This document shows positions 24,212 through 32,000 of a stretch of DNA of 32,000 nt, one piece after another. The stretch covers positions 1,110,001 to 1,142,000 of the forward strand of contig NZ_CP065936.1 of the NCBI RefSeq assembly GCF_003367075.2. The letters run 5' to 3'. The position numbers and the translations under genes are program-made. The notes below the pieces were generated by a model. That model saw only the letters and a list, made by a program, of their open reading frames with translations. It had not been told where the DNA came from and did not search any database. Source of the stretch: Cylindrospermopsis raciborskii Cr2010. GTDB taxonomy: Bacteria > Cyanobacteriota > Cyanobacteriia > Cyanobacteriales > Nostocaceae. Every line of letters starts with the position of its first letter. The stretch's first letter is position 1.

Positions 24212-27200
24212 CTAGATCTTTGAGCTAATTTGTTCAGCCATTTCTTTATTTCTGGCTATAGATGATTTTAGCCACTTATCTTTTTTCCAACCACCTCCTA
24301 TTAAATCATGTAAAAGGGTGTAAAAACATGGGATAATAAATAGGGTCAATAAGGTGGCTACAGACAAACCAGAAAACACCACTACGCCCAGGGGTTGGAG
24401 AAATTCAGATCCTTCGCCAATGCCTAATGCTAGGGGAAACATGCCTAAAACCGTGGTAATTGTTGTCATTAGAATTGGGCGTAGACGCTGGGGTGCTGCT
24501 TTTAAAATAGCGGTGCGACGGTCTATTCTTTCCCTTTCCCTGATTTGATTAGCCAATTCTACCATAATAATGGCATTATTTACCACGATTCCTACCAATA
24601 AAACCGCACCCACAATTACGGTTGCACCAACAGCAGTTTTGGTAATATAAAGACCAAAAACACCTCCAGCTAGGGCTAGAGGTATGGTAAATAAAATGAC
24701 TAATGGATCTACAAGGGAATTATATTGTACAGCCATGACAATAAATACTAAGAATATGGCCAGACCACCTAAGACTTGTAGTGATTGTTGAATTTGGCGA
24801 TTAGACTCTGCTGTTGCACTGGGTAAGACGCTCACGGTTGGGGGGAACTCTACAGTATTTAAAACCTGATCAATCTGTTCTAAGGCTTGATTTAAACTAG
24901 CTCCTTCGGTTAAATTACCTGCAATTAAAAATACTTGACGCTGGTTAATCCGTTGTATTTCTCCCGGTGCTTTACTAGTAATGATCGTCGCTATATCACT
25001 TAGTCTAACTTGTTGATTACCTTGTGTGAATAAAGGTAGTCTTGCCAACTGGGAAGTAGTGTTTAGCGCATCCTCATTTAATTCCACTCGCACATCCACT
25101 AATCGATTATCTCGTTGTATTTGGGTGGGGACACTACCTGTAATAGCTGTTTGAATTGTTTCTCCAATTTCTTTAGTGTTTAACCCCACATTTGTCACTC
25201 GCTCCCAGTTGGGTAGAATTTGGATTTCCGGTTGTTTAGCATCTCCATCGGGACGAAATCTCAGGGCGGTCACTTTTTCTTCTAGGATTGCTAATAACTG
25301 ACGACCTTTTTTTTCTAGGATATCCCCATCGGTTCCTTGGAGGATAATATCCACATCCGCACCACGAGCGGGTGAGTTACTAAGCAATAAACCCCTTACT
25401 TGTCCTCTGGTTAAACGCAGTCGAATATCAACCAAGTTTAGTTCGGTAAATTTTTTACTAACCCGCTCAATATAGCTTTCTATATCTGAACCTGGTTTTA
25501 GGGTAATTGTACTGGAACTGCGTAGGGGATTGGCTGTGCTATTACTACCAAAGAGAAATCCACCAACAGTGGAAAACACATATTTAGTTTCCGGTTGTTT
25601 ACCGACAATTTCATCAACCAACCCCATGACTTTTTGATTGGTTTTGAGGGGAGTACCGGGGGGAAATTGGGCAAACAGATTGACCTGTCCGGTATTAATT
25701 TGGGGGAGAATTTCTTGTTTTAGCTGGGGTGCTATCCAATAGCTACCACCACCTAATAAGAGAGTAGCCATAATAATTGTTAATAACCGCCAACGTAAAA
25801 TTCCGGTTAAAAATTTGCCGTATAATCTAGTAGCAGCTGCGAATTGTTGATTAAACTGTTGAAATAACCAAAAATTGGTTAGGGAAATGGGAACTGGCCA
25901 ACCTAATAATCGAGATGTTAACATGGGTACAACAGTAACAGCTATTAAAATGGAAGCTGCTACAGCAAAGCTAATGGTGAGAATTAGTTCGTTAAATATT
26001 AAGGAAATAAAACCACCAATTAACAAAAATGGTAAGACTGCTACCAGGTTGGTACTTGTGGAAGCTATCAATGCTGATTCTACTTCTCGACTGCTAAGTT
26101 CAGCTTGTTCAATAATTGTGTTTGCTGATAGGTTAACTAGGCGATTTTGCCTTTTATTGTGAGTAATACCTGTGGTGATATTTTCTAACATAACAATAGA
26201 ATTGTCTACCACAATTCCCACTCCCAATGCTAAACCACCCAAGCTAAAAATATTTATTGATAAACCAAATAACCCCATGAAAATAATAGCTGCTAGTGTA
26301 GCTAGGGGAATAGAAATAACAATTATCAAGGTTTGTCGTAAGGACCCAAGAAATAAAAGAACGGCAAAACCTGCTAATCCTGCACCTATTAAACCAGAGG
26401 TGGTAACATTAGCTAGGGAGTTTCTGATAAATATTGATTCATCTAAGGTGGGTGTTAATGTTGATTCTTCGGGTATTTTACCAGCTTGTTTGAGTTGGGT
26501 TATTTTCTCTTTGATTCCATCAACAACATTGACAGTATTAGCATCGGGTTGTTTTTGAATACTAACTTTTACCGCTTCTTCACCATTGAGCAAAACATAA
26601 ACTCTCTGTTTTGCTGCACCATCAGTAACTTGGGCAAAATCTCTCAGGTAAACCCGATTTTTACTGGGGGAATTAGGCGTGGATACTTCTAAGGAAAGAT
26701 CATTAATCTCCTGGGCATTTTTAAATCTCCCCACTGTGCGAGTTAAGGGTTCGGAATTACTTCCTAAAATTCTCCCCCCAGAAATATCTTGATTGCGATT
26801 TCTCAGTTCGTTTAATACATCTGTTAAACCTACTCCTAGGGCTTGTAAACGATCTAAATCAATATTTACCCTTACCTCTTCTTCCACTCCCCCAGATACG
26901 TCTACCAGTGCGACTCCTGGTACTAAACCCAATTCACGCCCTAATTCTTCTTCGGCAAAAACTCGTAAATCTACTCCTTTAAGGGTGGGTGAGGTGAGAG
27001 CAAATTCATATATGGGTAGTTGGGAAGGGTCAAACTTAAATAACCGGGGTTCTTCTATGGTCTCGGGTAATCTATTTCTGGTGCGGTTAAAAGTTGCTGT
27101 AGCATCATTGAGAGCTTGATCAATATTTCCTCCCGGTTGAAAATATAGGTCTAAACTCACTTGTCCTTCTCGAGTACGGGAGACAACTTGAATTACTCCT

Positions 27201-27445
27201 TCTGTCGCGGAAAAGGCTTCCTCTAAGTTTTTGGTGATTTCATCCACTGCTACTTCTGGTGAAATCCCCGGTGCTTCTATTCTGACTCCAATCCGAGGAT
27301 AGGTAATAGATGGTAATAGGTCTACGGGTAATCGTAGAGTGAAAAATACACCCATGACAATCACTGCTAGGGTTAGCATTAAAGTGCCAATATGTTGGCG
27401 AATAGATAGGGCACTTATACTAAAACTTTTGTGGATATTTGACAT
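24212..27445 (-). CDS. RND-family efflux transporter, inner-membrane permease (AcrB/HAE1-like)
   Basis: 1077 aa with 12-TM RND architecture, two large periplasmic loops and typical SIRQHIGTLMLTLAVIVMGVF N-terminus. Confidence 0.92.
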   Translation of the reverse strand: MSNIHKSFSISALSIRQHIGTLMLTLAVIVMGVFFTLRLPVDLLPSITYPRIGVRIEAPGISPEVAVDEITKNLEEAFSATEGVIQVVSRTREGQVSLDLYFQPGGNIDQALNDATATFNRTRNRLPETIEEPRLFKFDPSQLPIYEFALTSPTLKGVDLRVFAEEELGRELGLVPGVALVDVSGGVEEEVRVNIDLDRLQALGVGLTDVLNELRNRNQDISGGRILGSNSEPLTRTVGRFKNAQEINDLSLEVSTPNSPSKNRVYLRDFAQVTDGAAKQRVYVLLNGEEAVKVSIQKQPDANTVNVVDGIKEKITQLKQAGKIPEESTLTPTLDESIFIRNSLANVTTSGLIGAGLAGFAVLLFLGSLRQTLIIVISIPLATLAAIIFMGLFGLSINIFSLGGLALGVGIVVDNSIVMLENITTGITHNKRQNRLVNLSANTIIEQAELSSREVESALIASTSTNLVAVLPFLLIGGFISLIFNELILTISFAVAASILIAVTVVPMLTSRLLGWPVPISLTNFWLFQQFNQQFAAATRLYGKFLTGILRWRLLTIIMATLLLGGGSYWIAPQLKQEILPQINTGQVNLFAQFPPGTPLKTNQKVMGLVDEIVGKQPETKYVFSTVGGFLFGSNSTANPLRSSSTITLKPGSDIESYIERVSKKFTELNLVDIRLRLTRGQVRGLLLSNSPARGADVDIILQGTDGDILEKKGRQLLAILEEKVTALRFRPDGDAKQPEIQILPNWERVTNVGLNTKEIGETIQTAITGSVPTQIQRDNRLVDVRVELNEDALNTTSQLARLPLFTQGNQQVRLSDIATIITSKAPGEIQRINQRQVFLIAGNLTEGASLNQALEQIDQVLNTVEFPPTVSVLPSATAESNRQIQQSLQVLGGLAIFLVFIVMAVQYNSLVDPLVILFTIPLALAGGVFGLYITKTAVGATVIVGAVLLVGIVVNNAIIMVELANQIRERERIDRRTAILKAAPQRLRPILMTTITTVLGMFPLALGIGEGSEFLQPLGVVVFSGLSVATLLTLFIIPCFYTLLHDLIGGGWKKDKWLKSSIARNKEMAEQISSKI

Positions 27446-27480
27446 TTGTTTAAGGGGTTATTCCTGTTGATTTTAAGTCT

Positions 27481-28845
27481 TTAGTTTGGTAATTCTGACA
27501 GTGCTGATAATTTAACCCTTTGACCATCCTGAAGGGGTTTACTGCTCCGAACTACATAACTGTCTCCCGGTTGTATTCCAGAGATAATTTCTATTTTGCC
27601 ATCAGCTTCTTTACCCAACACAACTGGTTGTTCTTTAACTTTTACTCTCTTTTCGTTCCGTTCAATAACAAAAATGGTGCTGTTATTATTCGGTGATGAT
27701 GTTTCCTGGTCTTGATTATTAATTGCTGTTTTGAACACCACTACCCTTGATGATTCTTGTCTGGAAAAATTGACTCTGGCCAACATTCCACTACGAATTT
27801 TTCCCTGGCTATTGGGAATGACTATCTCTACGGGCACTACTCTAGCTGTGCTATCTGCTACTGGTGAAATTCTTTCTATTCTACCTATGATTTTTTCATC
27901 GGGAAAAGCATCTAAATTTACTTCTACCCTCTGACCTATTTCCACTTTCCCCAGTTCTAATTCTGAGACTTTCACCACTACTTTGATCTGACTTAAATCG
28001 GCAATTTTTATAGCTTCGTTCCCTGATTGTAAAAGGTTCCCTGGTTCTGTGATTTTTTCTGTTACTACGCCTGTAATCGGAGAAATTAAATCAGTATACG
28101 AAAGACGCTCTCTCGCTGCTTTAACTACTGCTCTCTGGGCTAAGACTCTATTTTGCGCCGCTGCTACTGCTTTGTTTTCTGTTCTTTGCTTTTCTATGGT
28201 TGATTTCAAAATCTGTTGATATGTCTTAACTTTTGTCACAGCCTGCTGGGCAGCTTGTTGGGAAATCGCCCCTTCTTGTAATAGTTTCTGCTGTCTGTCT
28301 GAGTCAGATTTCGCTTGCATCAGTTCTAATCTAACTTTTTCTACCTCCGCTTCTATATTTCCTACCTGGATCCTGGCTCGCTCTACTTCTGATTCACGAT
28401 TTCCTAACTCCGCTTCCTGTTGCTCTAATCCCGTCTTCAACAAAATATCATCTAGTCTACCAACCCTCTGTCCCTTGCTTACCCTATCCCCAATCTCTAA
28501 ATCTAAACCAATTAGTCTCCCCTCTACTTGCGATCGCACGGATATTATTTTCCTAGGAACTGTACTACCTGTATAAATTAACTCCTGATTTAGGGAGTCC
28601 GTTCGGGCGATCGCCACATCTACGGATATTGGTTTAGCACTTCTTTTTCCGGATGAATTTTGAGATTGAGCTTCTGCTGATTCTTTAACCGTGGAAACAC
28701 AGCCAGTTGCCAAAATTCCCAGAAACAAAACAGACACCAGTAATATCTTGTCTCTATGATGGCTGATTTGGCTCAGCCATGACCCAGATGGTATGATACT
28801 TAATACCTTTACTGTTATTCGTGACTCATTTGGGACTAAAACCAT
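27481..28845 (-). CDS. RND efflux periplasmic adaptor (membrane fusion protein)
   Basis: It has a lipobox-like LGILATGC, a lipoyl/barrel motif (VEGRLIGLDLEIGDRVSKGQRVGRLDD) and a coiled-coil hairpin. It lies directly upstream of the RND permease. Confidence 0.88.
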   Translation of the reverse strand: MVLVPNESRITVKVLSIIPSGSWLSQISHHRDKILLVSVLFLGILATGCVSTVKESAEAQSQNSSGKRSAKPISVDVAIARTDSLNQELIYTGSTVPRKIISVRSQVEGRLIGLDLEIGDRVSKGQRVGRLDDILLKTGLEQQEAELGNRESEVERARIQVGNIEAEVEKVRLELMQAKSDSDRQQKLLQEGAISQQAAQQAVTKVKTYQQILKSTIEKQRTENKAVAAAQNRVLAQRAVVKAARERLSYTDLISPITGVVTEKITEPGNLLQSGNEAIKIADLSQIKVVVKVSELELGKVEIGQRVEVNLDAFPDEKIIGRIERISPVADSTARVVPVEIVIPNSQGKIRSGMLARVNFSRQESSRVVVFKTAINNQDQETSSPNNNSTIFVIERNEKRVKVKEQPVVLGKEADGKIEIISGIQPGDSYVVRSSKPLQDGQRVKLSALSELPN

Positions 28846-29036
28846 AAGTTTACTTTTTTAGGTCACTATAAATGCTATTACATATTAATTATTACTGACA
28901 TTTCCGGGAATTGTGAAATTATGGTAAAAATTGGCATAAGAATGTTCATTAATAACCATCACCAAAAAAATTTTTCCTGTATATTAAGAATAGTAAAGAT
29001 ATCGTAAGTTTTTTCCCGATTTGAGGTAAGCAAAAA

Positions 29037-29573
29037 ATGACAATTTTGGTAAAAACTACTCAAATTGCTGATGAGCAAGAGATTGCCGATTTTTTCCGCG
29101 ACTCTGCAGGTACATGGCGTTCTGAAAGACGCTACTATACCCTACCAGAAGGAAAAACCCAAGAACTAGTCAGTATGATTACCATTGATTTTCTACCCAA
29201 AGGGGATGAGGAATTGCTGACATTGGCCCAACTACATAATTTACCAAACCTAGATAGTTTGAGCTGTGGAGCAAAGGTCAGTTGGCAAAGTGTGGATTTG
29301 GAAAACCTAGAAAAAAAAGTGCACGGTCAAACCATATTTGGTGCTTTGGGCAAAATCTTATATCGAGACAAGGGGTTTGCCACAACCAAACCAGTAACCG
29401 CTGATTATATTATTTCCCAAGCTCATACCCTATGCTTACGAACAGAATACAACCGCGCAGTTTTTGAAGAAGAAATAAAACTAATCGGTGATAAGTACCG
29501 CACAAGACAAACCATCATCTCTCGTGATGGAAAACCTCTTACAATAGGGCAGTACTTAGAGAAACGAGTTTAG
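29037..29573 (+). CDS. cpcS: Phycobiliprotein bilin lyase, CpcS/CpeS family
   Basis: IADFFRDSAGTWRSERRYY signature N-terminus; 178 aa lipocalin-like size. Confidence 0.8.
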   Translation: MTILVKTTQIADEQEIADFFRDSAGTWRSERRYYTLPEGKTQELVSMITIDFLPKGDEELLTLAQLHNLPNLDSLSCGAKVSWQSVDLENLEKKVHGQTIFGALGKILYRDKGFATTKPVTADYIISQAHTLCLRTEYNRAVFEEEIKLIGDKYRTRQTIISRDGKPLTIGQYLEKRV

Positions 29574-29813
29574 TCCCATTGTTACTAAGCGCTATAATTA
29601 GAGTTATAGCTAGATTCATGTATTTGAGGAAATCAAAAAAAACTTTTCCAAACTACCCCAAAAATTAATTTCTATGTCATGATAAAGAAGAGACTTAATT
29701 CGGCGATTAGTATTTTGTTGTTAGTATTGACAGGCTTTTTTTACTTGTGGTATTTACAGACTCCTCTCCGAAATCTAAATCTCTACAAACTAATGATTTT
29801 GGAGATATAATTC

Positions 29814-30116
29814 ATGTCGGTTTATGTAGGAAATCTTTCTTACGAAGTTACACAGGATGCCTTGACAGCTGTGTTTGCGGAATATGGATCGGTTAAACGG
29901 GTTCAAATCCCCACTGATCGGGAAACGGGTCGGGTTCGTGGTTTTGCTTTCGTGGAGATGAATTCAGAAGCAGAAGAAACTGCGGCGATCGAAGCACTTG
30001 ATGGTGCAGAATGGATGGGTCGTGATTTAAAAGTGAATAAGGCTAAACCTAAGGAAGATCGTGGTGGTAGTGGTGGACGAGGAGGTGGTTATGGTGGTGG
30101 GCGTAACCGCTACTAA
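29814..30116 (+). CDS. rbp: RRM-type RNA-binding protein with Gly-rich C-terminus
   Basis: RNP2 VYVGNL, RNP1 RGFAFVEM and a GGSGGRGGGYGGGRNRY tail. Confidence 0.93.
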   Translation: MSVYVGNLSYEVTQDALTAVFAEYGSVKRVQIPTDRETGRVRGFAFVEMNSEAEETAAIEALDGAEWMGRDLKVNKAKPKEDRGGSGGRGGGYGGGRNRY

Positions 30117-30149
30117 TTCCCAACTGTAGCAGTAATTTGTGATAATACC

Positions 30150-30180
30150 AGCTCATGCTCTTGCAGTGTGAGCTTTTTTC
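30150..30180 (+). terminator. Rho-independent terminator of rbp
   Basis: AGCTCA (30150-30155) pairs with TGAGCT (30169-30174) and is followed by a T-run. It overlaps the track start at 30155 of the next ORF. Confidence 0.6.
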
Positions 30181-30205
30181 TCAACTACCACAATCAAATA
30201 TCCCA

Positions 30206-30544
30206 ATGAACTACCAAATAGCACGTAAACTATTAATAGATCAAACAGAAACTGCTCGGGATACCGTCTTAAACCGTCTCCAAAAGGGCAAATTGCCCAT
30301 ACCGGGTCAAATTACATCTATTTTGTTAGCATTAAAACTTGTATTTGAATCCTTAAAGGATGTCAATACTATAGATAAAGAACTAGCCTGGTCACTGCAT
30401 AAACTAGGCAGTAAGTGTTTAGAAATATTGACAATGGAGCTAAAATCTGACACTGAATGGCCCCCACTGTTAAAAGAGGACTTGCAAAGAATTACCCTAG
30501 CAGTTGAAAGTATATTTTCCGGTACATGGGAAACCAAAAAATGA
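30206..30544 (+). CDS. Hypothetical protein (112 aa)
   Basis: The ATG at 30206 lies downstream of the rbp terminator. The protein is predicted helical and has no motifs. Confidence 0.5.
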   Translation: MNYQIARKLLIDQTETARDTVLNRLQKGKLPIPGQITSILLALKLVFESLKDVNTIDKELAWSLHKLGSKCLEILTMELKSDTEWPPLLKEDLQRITLAVESIFSGTWETKK

Positions 30545-30546
30545 GG

Positions 30547-31578
30547 TCAATGGGGGACAATAGCTACCTTAATTGCCAGACGTGCTTTCATATCGTTAAG
30601 CGCCTGTTCTAAATCTTCTAGGGGAGCTTGGTTACTAATTAATAACTCAAAAGCAATTCTCCGACTTTCTATAAGAGAGAGAGCATCCCTAACATATTTA
30701 GGAGTATTGTGAAAAACACCTTTTACAGTTAATTCATCATAATGAAGCTGTTCGGTATTGATATTAATGCTAGTGTCTTTAGGACAACCACCAAATAAAT
30801 TAACGGTTCCACCGGGACGGGAACAGGAAATAGCAGTTTCCCACACACTGGGAACACCAGTAGCTTCTATGACTACATCTGCTCCCCATCCATCCGTGAG
30901 TTCCCTCACCTTAGTGGGAATATCCGTGACCTGATGATAATTAAAAATCCGGGATGCTCCCAATTGTTGACCAATGTGTAGACGGTGATTATTGCCACCC
31001 CAGAGAAATACCTGGGCTTGCAATTCCCGGGCCAAAACCCCTACAAACATCAATCCAATAGCTCCATCACCCAAAACAACCACTCGGTCATGGGGTTTAA
31101 TATGGGAGCGAGCTAATCCATGAAGCACACAGGCCAAAGGTTCAGTCATGGAAACTAGGGCCAAGGGTAATCCTGCAGGGACTCCCAGCATATTGTGTTG
31201 AACAATGGGGGCGGGTATTTTTAAATACTGGGCAAAAGTACCATTGTTCCAGGTAAGATTTGGACAAAGGGAGTATTCTTGTCGTTGACAAAAGAAACAC
31301 TTCATGCAGGGGGCGGAGTTATTGGCCACCACCAGCTCTCCTACATGCCAATTATCCACACCAGATCCAATAGCGACAATGGTACCCACGACTTCATGTC
31401 CGAATAATGTGGGAGGTGTCAACATTCGCGCATGACCGCCACGTCGCCACACTTTTAGATCTGTACCACAAGTGGTGGCAGTCTCCACTTTAATTACCAC
31501 TTCTCCCAATGCGGGGGTTGGGTCTGGTATCTCCTCTAATCTTATGTCTTCCTTTCCGTAAAGTAAAGCTGCTAACAA
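30547..31578 (-). CDS. Zinc-dependent alcohol dehydrogenase family (MDR) oxidoreductase
   Basis: Catalytic Zn ligands CGTDL and GHE, structural Zn cluster CMKCFFCQRQEYSLC and NAD fold VVVLGDGAIGL. The TTG start has GGAG upstream. Confidence 0.88.
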   Translation of the reverse strand: MLAALLYGKEDIRLEEIPDPTPALGEVVIKVETATTCGTDLKVWRRGGHARMLTPPTLFGHEVVGTIVAIGSGVDNWHVGELVVANNSAPCMKCFFCQRQEYSLCPNLTWNNGTFAQYLKIPAPIVQHNMLGVPAGLPLALVSMTEPLACVLHGLARSHIKPHDRVVVLGDGAIGLMFVGVLARELQAQVFLWGGNNHRLHIGQQLGASRIFNYHQVTDIPTKVRELTDGWGADVVIEATGVPSVWETAISCSRPGGTVNLFGGCPKDTSININTEQLHYDELTVKGVFHNTPKYVRDALSLIESRRIAFELLISNQAPLEDLEQALNDMKARLAIKVAIVPH

Positions 31579-31619
31579 GTTTTCTCACTCCATCTATCTA
31601 AATAAATAACATAAATAAC

Positions 31620-31714
31620 TAAGTAGGGAGGCACAATTATTTGTAGGATGCCCATGGGGGCGTTGGGTTTCATACTTCAACCCAACCTACGTTCATCTTA
31701 TATTTAATTCCACC
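31620..31714 (-). mobile_element. MITE-like element, copy B (reverse complement of 4113-4224, internally deleted)
   Basis: Its reverse complement reads GGTGGAATTAAATATAAGATGAACGTAGGTTGGGTTGAAGTATGAAACCCAACGCCCCCATGGGCATCCTACAAATAATTGTGCCTCCCTACTTA. It overlaps the last codons and stop of the KAS gene. Confidence 0.7.
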
Positions 31715-32000
31715 TTCCCAAGGTAATCACCGCGTTTTGTCCTCCAAACCCAAAACTACAGCATAGAACATGTTCTACCCGACTTTTTTTTGCTGCTGTG
31801 ACCAAGTTTAAGTTCATTTCTCTGTGCTTTAGTCCCACATTGGGGGGTAATATTTGATTTTTGATGGCCATTAGGGAAAAAGCTACACCCAATGACCCTG
31901 ATGCTCCTAAGGTGTGACCAGTGGCACCCTTGGTGGAACTAATCGCTACCTGGGGGGGAAATAACTCTTGTATGATTTTACCCTCTATTTGATCATTGAT
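31704..32000 (-). CDS. Beta-ketoacyl-ACP synthase (KAS I/II family), 3' partial that continues beyond the window
   Basis: The frame is open to the window edge. It reads ...SSTKGATGHTLGASGSLGVAFSLMAIKNQILPPN...CCSFGFGGQNAVITLGRWN, which carries the active-site His and the C-terminal GFGG motif. Confidence 0.85.
   Translation of the reverse strand: MNDQIEGKIIQELFPPQVAISSTKGATGHTLGASGSLGVAFSLMAIKNQILPPNVGLKHREMNLNLVTAAKKSRVEHVLCCSFGFGGQNAVITLGRWN

Noticed and set aside
24354-27934. Plus-strand ORFs inside the RND permease and adaptor genes (24354, 25875, 26172, 26486, 26793 and 27731)
   Set aside because: They are antisense to long, motif-supported genes and are shadow ORFs.
30155-30205. Longer 129-aa form of the hypothetical ORF, and the antisense ORF 30307-30537
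   Set aside because: The 30155 start lies inside the rbp terminator hairpin, so the ATG at 30206 is preferred. The antisense ORF has no support.
4113-31714. The two inverted MITE-like copies as the ends of a 27.6-kb composite transposon or invertible segment
   Set aside because: The interval contains core housekeeping genes (the ribosomal protein operon, gnd, rnz and tRNA-Trp) and no transposase or recombinase. The copies are more simply explained as independent insertions of a dispersed element.

Overview
The window looks like chromosomal DNA from a filamentous, Nostocales-like cyanobacterium. The basis is low GC, frequent HIP1 GCGATCGC sites, and the conserved tRNA-Trp/secE/nusG/rplKAJL block. 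No database search was possible, so every product call rests on motifs read directly from the translations.

The window has three parts.

(1) 1-3000 is a 2.6-kb non-coding higher-order tandem array of a 125/129-bp unit. Each unit carries a GTAGGTTGG..CCAAC hairpin and a HIP1 site. The array is bracketed by 51-bp direct repeats.

(2) 3100-11500 is an accessory-looking, same-strand locus. It holds three paralogous double-glycine-leader peptide genes, a C39-peptidase ABC exporter and a HlyD adaptor. These are followed directly by a histidine-kinase-like protein that appears to lack the phospho-His, a NarL/LuxR response regulator, and a two-TM HisKA_3-type kinase. This peptide-export plus two-component arrangement and the tandem array are the two candidates for something undescribed.

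(3) 11500-32000 is ordinary housekeeping:
- RNase Z, a 4-Cys Ser/Thr kinase, gnd, ycf66 and NDH-2.
- The ribosomal protein, nusG and secE cluster, and rplS.
- An RND pump with its adaptor.
- A CpcS-type lyase, an RRM protein, a Zn-ADH and the 3' end of a KAS gene.

This part also contains a truncated mrp remnant and one of two inverted copies of a ~100-bp MITE-like element; the other copy lies at 4113-4224.
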